DNA of 64,000 bases from Octopus vulgaris (taxonomy: Eukaryota): contig OX597819.1 of the NCBI GenBank assembly GCA_951406725.2, forward strand, positions 100,812,001 through 100,876,000, written 5' to 3'. Below are positions 53,833 to 64,000 of this stretch, piece by piece. A program made the position numbers and the translations under genes. The first letter of the stretch is position 1. Every line of letters begins with the position of its first letter. The notes below the pieces were generated by a model. That model was not told where the DNA came from. It saw nothing but the letters and a program-made list of their open reading frames with translations, and ran no database searches.

Positions 53833-54295
53833 AACAGGCAGTCAGACAAGCAGGCAAGCGGCCATGTAGACGGAGCGGCTGAGCCATTCCTCTATCTACC
53901 TATTTATCCATCTAGCTATCTATCTCTTCATCTCATATCCATTTAACCATCTATTTATCCAACTTTCAACATATTTATATGACTCTACCTCGTTATCCAC
54001 ATACCCCATCTACCTATTCATTTATCTCGTCTATCTAAATTCAAATTCTTTCACCCTGTGATTCCCCCTGCAGTTTATCTAGTCTCTCTCTCGCCCCCTC
54101 CCTCACATTTCAGCCGGCCGCCTTTGGGGGTGGCCCCTGAACTTAAGCAGCCCGTCAAACGCCCCATTAACTATCAAAGACTTCTACTTTCTTGCTATCA
54201 AATAATACTAAGTGGAACTTCATCAAAAAACCAAGAAAAAAAGAAACAAAAACAAAAACAGCATCAAATGCAGCAAAAAATAAAATAACTAAAAG

Positions 54296-54340
54296 CACTA
54301 CTACTACTACTGCTACTACTACTACTACTACTACTACTAT

Positions 54341-54376
<36 letters not shown>

Positions 54377-54489
54377 CACTACCACTACTACTACAACTAC
54401 TGCTGCTGCTGCTGTTGCTACAACAACAACTACTACTACTATTACTACTACTACTACTACAACTAGTACTACTGGTGCTGCTGCGGCTG

Positions 54490-54523
<34 letters not shown>

Positions 54524-54525
54524 AG
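54296..54525. repeat. (CTA)n/(CTG)n array
   Basis: Directly visible. Confidence 0.97.
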
Positions 54526-54679
54526 CTGCTGTTGCCAGCTGCTACCAGCTGCTGCCACTGGTTCTGCTATGTCTGCTACTGATCTCTCCTCACATCTATA
54601 CCCTTGTGGCTAATATAAGAAATTGTTATTGTCTTTATTAGTAGTAGTGGTAGTAGTAATAGAATTGAGGCTTCTACCG

Positions 54680-54826
54680 CTTCTTTACCTCCTTCTTCTT
54701 TATCTTCATTTTCTTCTTCTTTTCCTTTTTCTTCTTCTTCTTCTTCTTCTTCTTCTTCTCCTTCTCCTTCTCCTTCTTCTTCTTCTTCTTCTTCTTCTTC
54801 TTCTTCTTCTCCGCCTCCTTCTCCTT

Positions 54827-54857
<31 letters not shown>

Positions 54858-55205
54858 TGCTTCTCTCTCTCCATCTCCTCCTCATCCTACTTCTCCTCCT
54901 TCTCCTTCTTCATCTTCTTCTTCTTTTTCTCCGCCTCCCCCTCCTTCTCCTTCTCCTTCTTCTTATGCTTCTACTTCTTCTTATGCTTCTCCCACTCCGT
55001 CTCCTCCTCCTTCTCTTCCTTCTCCTCTTCCTTCTCCTCCTCCTTCTCCTTCTTCTTCTTCTTCTCCTTCTTCTCCGCCTCCCCCTCCTTCTCCTTCTCC
55101 TTCTTCTACTTCTTCTTATGCTTCTCCCTCTCCTCCTCCTCCTCCTCTGCCTCCTCTTCTTCCTCCTCCTCCTTCTTCTTCTTCTTCTCCTCCTCCTTCC
55201 CCTTC
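54680..55205. repeat. (CTT)n/(CTC)n polypyrimidine array
   Basis: Directly visible; source of the poly-Leu ORF. Confidence 0.97.
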
Positions 55206-55388
55206 AGTAACTGCCGTTGCTGTTACTCCTACCACTATTGGTACTGTCAGCATGACACCTCACGCTAATAAAGAGAAAGGTGTGTATGTGTGCATATGCC
55301 CAAATAAAAGGGTGCGTTCGTGTGTTCAGGGGTGTGTGTGTGTACGTGATGATTGTGTACGTTTCTACGTTTGTCGGGCTTAGTGACA

Positions 55389-55420
<32 letters not shown>

Positions 55421-55839
55421 GTACCGTGTGTATGCTTTTGTGATGTTTCAGAGTGGTGAAGGTTCTTACAAAAGGCATCGGGTCAAGAATTACACCCCAA
55501 CTCGACATGGTAACTTGATCCCTGACTTCTAAGAACATGTGGGACACTTCTGTCGAGGAATTAATTTTCTCGTAGAGTTCTGTTGAGATAACGGAATGGA
55601 AATGATTTATCAATCCATCTATCTACCATCTAGCTAACTATCTAATTATCCATCAATTTTACTACATTCTCTCTGCCTTTCTGTCAGTCAGTCCGTCTGT
55701 TTTTGGCTTCTCTTTCTCCCCTTCCCATTCTTTCTTATCACACAGACACACACATACACTCACATGCACTGACACGCAGACACACATACTTACATACACA
55801 CGCATACACAAACGAGCACGCACACACACTCACATATCT

Positions 55840-55859
<20 letters not shown>

Positions 55860-55871
<12 letters not shown>

Positions 55872-56030
55872 GAAAGAAGCATGCTTCCCAACAACATGGG
55901 TTCGGGTTCAGTCCCGTTGCGTGGCACTTTAGACAAGTGTCTTCTACTATAGCCCCGGGACGATCAAATACTTGTCAATGGCTTTGGTAGATGGAAATTG
56001 AAAGAAGCCCGTCAGATATATATATATAGC
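55860..56030 (+). mobile_element. SINE A 5' half
   Basis: gcttcccaac..gggttcagtccc..gaaagaagcccgtc. Confidence 0.85.
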
Positions 56031-56031
56031 C

Positions 56032-56790
56032 TTGATATTAACTCTCACGCGACTCTGCATCTTTCTTTCTTTCTCTCCCATTCCCTTTTTCGTCTTTTTT
56101 CCCTCACTTAACTTGTCTCTTCCTCTCTCTCTCCCCCTCACCATTCTTCATGGTCTCCTCGCACCATTCCCCTTCTTCTCTCTTCCTCTTGCTCCTCCTC
56201 CCCCATTCCCGTCGTCCATCTGCGACGATACTTCCGTCGTAACTGCTATCCTGTCTTTTCTCGCCCGCCTTCTAAGGCTACTGGTCGACATTCTTTCTCT
56301 CTCGTCGTCCACTATAATCCAGCGTTTGCAATACTTTTTTCGTCTGGCGTTAACAGCCCTTCTTATCTTGTTCTCCTTGTCCTGTCTCTCACTGTTATAT
56401 AATTATTTTTCCACTGTTTATATATATATTTTTTACTGTTTATATGTTTGTACTGTCGTTACCGTCTTGCTTTTTTTTACCCCTCTGCGAAAAGATCTCA
56501 GAATTTTAATTGATTTGCTTTTCGCAGGAAGGAAGTTTTCTTCGAAGTATACGTCTTGCTTTTATCCTTCGAAACGTTTAGTAGATGAAACCTTAGCGAC
56601 TGAAGAAGGGGATTTTTCGTTGTGCTTATTGTCCTTTATCTCCTTTTTTTTTTTTTTTTTTGCTTGTCTTGTTCCTTGGTTTGTGTCTATATTTTTCGTC
56701 TCTCTATGTGTTCGACGTCTTTTTGGTGTCCTGTACACATATATGCGTGTATATGTACATGTAGAGGTAGGTACGTACATATATGTTTAT
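56032..56790 (+). mobile_element. Non-coding Penelope-like element (relative of 22990-23835 and 17195-17360)
   Basis: Pyrimidine-rich start, actgaaga box, and a gtcctgt..catat tail shared with 17195-17360. Confidence 0.55.
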
Positions 56791-56806
56791 ATATATGCAT
56801 ATGTTC

Positions 56807-56867
<61 letters not shown>

Positions 56868-57345
56868 GGCGCAATGGTGGCTTTGTGGTAAGTAGCTTGC
56901 TTACCAACTACATGGTTCTGGGTTCAGTCCCACTGCGTGGTACCTGGGCAAGTGTCTTCTACTATAGCTTTGGGCCGACCAAAGCCTTCTGAGTGGATTT
57001 GGTAGACGGAAACTGAAAGAAGCCCGTCGTATATATGTATGTATGTATATATATATACACATATATATATATATGCATGCATGCATGTATGTATGTATGT
57101 ATGTATGTATGTATGTGTGTGAATATGTTTGTGTGTCTATGTTTGTCCCCCAACATCGCTTGACATCAGATGCTGATGTGTTTAGGTCCCCGTAACTTAG
57201 CGGTTCGGCAAAAGAGACCGAGAGAATAAGTACTAGGCTTACGAATAATAAGTCCTGTAGTCGATCTGCTCGACTAAAGGCGGTGCTCCAGCATGGCCGC
57301 AGTCAAATAACTGAAGCAAGTAAAAGAGTAAAGGGATTAAAGAGA
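56868..57345 (+). mobile_element. SINE A, full length
   Basis: Matches 53314-53735. Confidence 0.93.
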
Positions 57346-57675
57346 GAGTTATTTACAGTGCCAACGCACGAAAGTCTCGGACTTCTTTTCACTCTGTGAC
57401 TATACGCTCGCACCTGAATTCACAGGTGGTTGTACATCAAATACAAACTATCCTTCTTTCTTTGCCTTTTAATTCTCGATGTTCCGTTTGCTTCTATCCC
57501 ACGTCCCGCCCACCATAATTCTCTCGCACCCTCCTACGTTGCATTTGACACACAATCTCACCCTTTTGCTACTCTATGCGTGCTACAGTTTAATACAAAC
57601 CAGATGATGCTCCAGCAGGATCGCAGTCAGATGACTGAAACGAGTAAACGAATAAAAGAATATTACTTCTAATAC

Positions 57676-57748
<73 letters not shown>

Positions 57749-59049
57749 GGGTGACGGGTTTCTTTCAGTTTCCGCCCACAAAATTTACTCAGAAGTCTTT
57801 GAATGGGGCTAGGCGACAGAAGAATACAGTAGTTGCCCATAGCGCCAAGTAGTGGCACTCTGAGCAACTGCTTTCTATCGCGGCAGTGTCTAAAACTGTT
57901 TTCATATCATGGTGGAAGGCTTTGGCTGGTAAATTTGCGTTAACTTATCTTCCAGTCATAACCTAATTTATGTTTATGATCTTTTTTAGATGCTTTTATT
58001 TTCGTATAGGATATTACCATATTCTATCCTTGAAAAAAAAGGTTAAACATTCATAATCGATTTTAAAACCTTACTTGGCTGTCATTAGAGGTGTCTTACA
58101 TAATTTGACAACCTCGGAGAAATATGATCTAATCTGGTTACACACTCAACAAGTCTATAGCTACAGGTCACTGAAGCTACTAACTTGCATAAGATAAATG
58201 TTTAACACTTTACTTAAAATACGGGAGTGTGAATGTGTGTATGTGTGTGTGTTTGTGTGTGTTTGTGTATGTGTGTGTGTGCTTGTGAATGTGTGAGTAT
58301 GTGTGCGCGCGCATTATTTGAAGTTGTTACTCTACGCCGAAACTACAGTGATCCAGCATCCTGTGGCTGAAGACATGCAAGTGGTCTAGTTGTACCGCTT
58401 TCTTAATTGTTTTCTTACTTTTATTCTGATATCACTCTTCGTGTTTTTGTTTGCGCGTGTCTATCTCAATGTCCTTTATTATTTTCACTTCTCTTGGAAG
58501 CCGTAATGTGTGATTATACTCTGACGTAGATGTGTGAGAAATTGAGGGAATTAAGGTTGCAGACTCTCTATCTCCTTCTCTTTTACACACAACGAACCAT
58601 GCTCACAAGTGTGCGCGCACATACACTTTAGTAAAACTGGCGATTGGTGTCACCTGGCAGACGAGTCGCAAGGAAAAGAATCCAGGCCAAGAAAGTAAAA
58701 TACTGTTGCTCATGCACTGATAGAACCTAGGGTTCACTATTTGTCGAACCAGAGCTCCGTTATCAAGGAATATGAAAGTAAAACCAGACATGGAGACAAA
58801 CAAATGCAAAGAAAAGCATAAATATATAGAAGTATGAATGTGTGCACTTAACTGTGAGTTTGTGTATGTAAAAGAGAGAGAGAAAGAGAGAGCAAGGGAG
58901 GGAGACAGAAAGAGAGAGCGAGTGTGTTTGTGTGTGTGCGCGCGTGTGTGTATTCATTGGAGAATGAAACGGTGTTTATTCCAGATTCCCTACTGAATGC
59001 AGTTATCATTTGAAGGAGTAACTGATAACTGTAGAAGGTATCTAGATTG

Positions 59050-60060
59050 AGTCTGTTTCGATCCCGAAACATTACAACTCCAGCTTATATAGTGGGTCCG
59101 CGACGGAGGTCCAGTCCTTGCTTACCTTCTCCACATCCTCTTCATTCTTCTCATTCTACTCATGGTTTCCTGTTTAGATCTTTACTTTTGTTCCATATCC
59201 AGCAGGAGGTTCTCTCTTCAGTCTATCTCACCTACCCTACACCCAGCTATCTCTCATTTTCTATCATTTCGATGAATACGAATATTCTCCATACTGAGTG
59301 GGTACAGAATTTTATAGGCAACCTCAGCAATCTTCTAAATATTCTGGTATCTGCCTCTCTTCTGCTCAAAGGCTTCGTCACACTCTTCTTCCCAGAGGAC
59401 ACTAACTTAATTCTGGATGAGCTTCGATTCTTCAGAAGCCAGCACAACATTCGACCTAAGGACAGTCTCGATGATGTTTGCCCTAGTTTTACAATCATAT
59501 TCCAAGGTTCGACCGTTTGTAGAAGATTATTTTATTCTTTTGGTTCATTGTTTTTCTCATCCAACTACACCGAAGTCTTGATTCATGACGTTCACTTCCC
59601 CTGCCTCTCATGCTTCTAGTTATTAGCAAGTGTCATGAATAGATTCTGGCAGAATCATGAGGTCCTTGTACAAAATGCTTTGCTATATTTAGTTACATTC
59701 TGACAAGAAATCTGCCAGGATGCTACTCTTCGTAAAATAACATATGTGGCTGATCCTCTCATGTGCTTCACATGTGACGATTTTTTCGCCTCGAGAATGC
59801 TCTATACATTGCTTCCAGCTGTAAAAAAAAATTAAGGTAATGTTCCAATTGCCACGGATCCCCCTATGTATTCTACTTAGATAATTTCTATTGAGCCTAT
59901 GTCCCCTGGTGCACTAATTGTGCAAAGGATTAGATCTCTTTCTTCCACCTGATGCCGTATTTCCGTCTCTTTCATGATCTCCTTTTGGTATCCGCCTGTC
60001 CTTAGTGTTGTCAGTGGAAAAATCTTTGATTTTGCCTTCCGTTGTTATGCCAATGACATC
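59050..60060 (-). mobile_element. Decayed NeSL/HERO-like RLE non-LTR retrotransposon, 3' region
   Basis: Minus frame ETVLRSNVVLASEESKLIQN*VSVLWEEECDEAFEQKRGRYQNI resembles T.LRPD.V..S...K....ELTVPWE....A.ERK..KY. The upstream DVIGIT..E.R..EE..QG region is consistent. Confidence 0.75.
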
Positions 60061-60249
60061 ACGTAGCTCAATGTCTCCATTCTAAATTCAAATCCCGTCG
60101 AGATCAACGTTACCATTTATTCATTATGGCTGGCTAGAATAAAATGCCGTCTATGTACTGAAGACCAGCATATTAACTAACTCATTCCACTTCAAATTGC
60201 TGGTCCTAGATCTAAAACATCATCATCATCATCATCATCATACAGTTTA

Positions 60250-60572
60250 AATGTCCTCCCGGTCGAATTTGCCTTTCATCAGTTTTGACGTCGATAGAAT
60301 AAGTACGACTTGCCCTCCTTCAAAATTGCTGGCCTTGTGCCAAAATTTGAAACCAGAATCATTAGCGCGCAGGGCAAAATGCATAGCGGTATTTCATCTA
60401 CCGTTACGTTCTGAGTTCAAATTCCGCCGTGGTCGACTTTGCCTTTCATCCTTTCGGGGTCGATTAAATAAGTACCAGTTACGCACTGGGGTCGATGTAA
60501 TCGACATAATTCCTTTGACTGTCCTTGTTTATCCCCTCTACGTTTATTCCACTGTGGGCAATAAAGAAATAA
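60250..60572 (+). mobile_element. SINE B (fragment + near-full copy) ending in (ATT)n
   Basis: gagttcaaattccgccgtggtcgactttgcctttcatcctttcggggtcg; (ATT)n at 60572-60660. Confidence 0.9.
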
Positions 60573-60637
<65 letters not shown>

Positions 60638-61035
60638 CATTATTATCATTATTATTATTTATTGGCCAATTTTCTTCCCCCACAGACTATGGTATAAAAA
60701 CGTACGAAAATTACCAGGCTCGCCAATACAGTGGCAGTTAAGAGCGAACAAGCTGGGCGATTAATTGGCATAAATCTTTAAAGGAAAGGGATAAAAGATG
60801 AAATTAAACTGTTTCAAAAGCTCACAGACTTCCATTACGTCCCACTACTCCTGAAGTAATACAGGGAAGCTTTAATAGCACCAATTATTTATGATAAACA
60901 GCTTATTTTAAAAGATAGGATTACAACGAAATCTCGCAAAAATTATAGTATTATTTACATATCAATATAAATAAACCGACAAGCATTTTACGCACACATA
61001 TATCACACACATACGTATAGAAATATATGTATATG

Positions 61036-61070
<35 letters not shown>

Positions 61071-61174
61071 GTATGTGTGCGTGTGTGTGTGTGTATGTGC
61101 CGAAGTGCGTCTGTGTATATACATTTATACGTACATATTTTTATATATGCAATACATATGCGCGTTTCTCTCTC

Positions 61175-61205
<31 letters not shown>

Positions 61206-61311
61206 CTGTCTCTCTATATATACATATATATATATATACATATATATGTATAATATACATGTGTATGTATACGTATAGATATGTAATTAAACATTTATAT
61301 ATGTGTTTATG

Positions 61312-61363
<52 letters not shown>

Positions 61364-62017
61364 GACATACACATATATACATATATATGTATACACACAC
61401 ATATATTTTCTTTTATCCTTTTACTTGTTTCAGTCACTTTGACTGCGGTTATGCTATATTCACACATGCATGCATGCAGACATACATACATACATAGGCA
61501 CACACACACGCTCTCTTGTATTAACTAGAGTACTGACATAGTATACACTTAATGTGTGAGGTTAAAATTTAAATAAGTTCCCATGTAAAAGTTTGATAAA
61601 CATACATTTACCACCATTTTGTAAATAAACCCCTTGACTTAAAGCACAGGGCCATCGCAGTAGAAAAATCGAAATAAACGCTTCACTAGTTGCACTTGAT
61701 TTTTATCAGTTCGCTAGATGTGTTTACTTCATTTAACAGAAAGCGGGACATATTCTTATATACTGACTAACAGCAGCAGACTGATAAACAGATAAAAAGA
61801 GAAACAGAGAGAGATATGCAGACAGTCAGTGGTTTAGAAATATTTATTTAAACGATGCCTTGAATCACCTAGAGAGCTTTTATTCATTTGCATATCAGTA
61901 CATTCGCTTGTAGCGTGTATTAATCAAACTGCTGAGACAGCGAATGGACTGACTGATTGATGGTAAGTAAGTTTAATAGCTTATATGTTTTATATAGACA
62001 CAACATATGCACCTATG

Positions 62018-62340
62018 CGAGGGCGTTGCTGTGTGGTACGAAGCTTGCTTCCCAATCACGTGTCTTCTAATATAACGGCGGTTCGACCAAAGCCTTGTGA
62101 ATGTATTTAGTAGACGGAAACTTAAAGAAACCTGTCGTATATGTGTACATGTGTGTGTATGTGTTTTCCGTTCTTGTTCCCGACCAACGCTTGACAAGCG
62201 GATTTGGTGTGTTCACGTGCCTGTAACTTAGTGGTTCAGCAAAATACCGATAGAATATGTACCAAGTTTTACTAAAAATAAGTTCTTTGGGGCAGTGCTC
62301 CAGTATGGCTGCAGTTTAAGGAATTAAAACAAGTAAAATA
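62018..62340 (+). mobile_element. SINE A, decayed
   Basis: Head and tail recognisable. Confidence 0.8.
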
Positions 62341-63282
62341 TTGAAAATTATTTGTTCAATATTTGAACATTTTGCTCTAAAATGGAATTGTATTTTTAGT
62401 TTAACTGATAAATAATGTTATATTCCTAATTCAAATAATAGGCGATAGTCGGTTTTTGTTCTTGCGCAGGTTCTAATCCTAGCCTATAACTGAATTCATA
62501 ATTTATTTTGTTTCTTATATATTTTACCATAGGCTTCTCAGCGTAAAAAAAAGATATATCGTTGGCACAAAGGATTTTAATCAATACTGAACTACACAGT
62601 AAAATACTTGATCATAAACATGTTCTTCTACGCGTCAATATCCCACGATGTATCTGAGTTGATCTAGGTTACGGCATTTCGTTATTTTGTACATGTTTTA
62701 ATTTTCTTTTCCAGGAGGGAAAAATTCTGCTTGATGGGTAGATGTTTCTTATCAACATTACGATCTAGTTGGAGTTAATTTGCATCTAGAATGTCGTACT
62801 AGTTAGCAATCAAGATCACACGTAACATGTTCGAATTCCGTTTACTCTGTGACAAGAGTACTATTTCATTCTATATATTATAATTTACTAATCTTAAAGC
62901 TGTGATCATCTAACAGTTGATTATCTATTTTCTGATGTAAGTAACCGATGTTCAAATCTTGGTCTCACCACTGGAAGTATTTTGTAAATATTTTACATAA
63001 CACTATTCGAAGTGTCTAAAAAAGCTATGGAAAAAGGTTATAGTTTTCCCTACAACGTCTTATATGGCAAATCATTCAAATATACCCATATTATAGCTGG
63101 GTTTAGTGTATAATTTTGATTTCGAATTCTTGTTACAGACTGAAGTACTGTTTTGTTTTATTAATTTTTACTGCATCAGATTCTATTGCGTAAAATATTC
63201 AGGTTAATATACCTAATTCAGCTAGTTATTTATACGTTATTATTTTATTGGTTAGCATGGTGCACTCTTCATATATCAGTTT

Positions 63283-63490
63283 CAAATTTAGGCACAAGTG
63301 CAGGAATTACAGGGAAGAGAATAATTTTTTTACATCGACTCCAATGTTCAACTGGTACTTATTTTATCGTCTCCGAAAACATGACAGGCAAAGCTGACTT
63401 CAGCCGAATTTGAATTCATTGCGTCAAAGGAGACGAAATGCTGCTAATTGTTTTGCTCGGCGTGTTAACGATTCTGCTTGCTCGGTACCT
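63283..63490 (-). mobile_element. SINE B, decayed
   Basis: actggtacttattttatcg..ggcaaagctgac..gaatttgaa..gcgtgttaacgattctgc. Confidence 0.8.
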
Positions 63491-63855
63491 TACACACTCT
63501 GTTGATATATCATGACTTGTTCGAACTCACGTCATAATATTAAACGCGTGTCGAAATGAATTTACTTCACAAAAATATGCAACCAGTAATGAAAATAAAT
63601 AAACATTCGATAAATCCGGACTCCATGTTTGCATAATTTGGTAAACTGCATCTACCAACATTATGAAGTAACTCCGAGCCTCCAGAAACGGCTGTCGGAT
63701 TTGTAACACCATACCTTCTCCTTTTTGATTTTCTGTGTGTTTGTACTCTGTGTTAGTTTTCTCTGTAAATTTATACTTGAATATTCGCCATCTGAAAATT
63801 TCAGCCTTTTCCTTCTTTCTCGTTACATGTATACAGGTATATATATTTTCTATAT

Positions 63856-64000
63856 CTAACCCAAGTAACTTTATTTGTTTTCTTGCATCTCCAGGCTTCC
63901 GCCGCAAAAAACTGCGTGATGCAAACTTCAGGCATCAGTCTGCCGACCGGCGTCAGCCGCTGCAGACGTACTACCACGTGACACTTCTTTGTTTTGCAGC
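63856..64000 (+). other. Candidate 3' splice site and exon start (exon from 63895)
   Basis: Branch-like CTAAC at 63856-63860, pyrimidine tract tttatttgttttcttgcatctc, CAG at 63892-63894, then a sharp rise in GC/CpG. One frame stays open to the window end (LPPQKLRDANFRHQSADRRQPLQTYYHVTLLCFA). Product not recognised. Confidence 0.4.

Noticed and set aside
56032-56895. 287-aa hydrophobic ORF that looks like a membrane protein
   Set aside because: It comes from a pyrimidine-rich repeat element and runs through (TA)n into a SINE.
62700-62745. Acceptor-like ttttcttttccag
   Set aside because: No convincing donor or coding signal; such tracts are common in AT-rich DNA.
63527-63907. 126-aa minus-strand ORF
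   Set aside because: No recognisable motif, non-ATG start, and it overlaps the antisense of a better-supported + strand splice acceptor.

Overview
AT-rich, non-coding eukaryotic DNA made almost entirely of microsatellites and decayed transposable elements. The SINE families and the extreme density of (TA)n, (TACA)n and (AAT)n tracts suggest an Octopus (coleoid cephalopod) genome; this is inferred from recognition, not from a search. No intact host CDS is visible, and almost all listed ORFs are simple-repeat artefacts. The only gene-like signal is a candidate 3' splice site and exon start at 63895 (+). Elements seen: three tRNA-derived SINE families (many nested, tandem or inverted copies), a DD37E (TRT-type) Tc1-like element with long TIRs (26626-28364), a mariner relic (33357-34540), Tc3-like and mariner fragments, two non-autonomous Helitrons, R4/Dong-like and NeSL/HERO-like RLE-LINE relics, CR1/RTE relics and Penelope fragments. 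The most interesting signal is at least five minimal type-I hammerhead ribozyme motifs with palindromic stem III, carried by short elements with different stems and flanks beside (TA)n tracts. One has an intact fold with a non-canonical G3-C8 swapped core (24036-24084, minus strand) and three share a C4 variant core (CCGAUGA). Coordinates of decayed elements are approximate.
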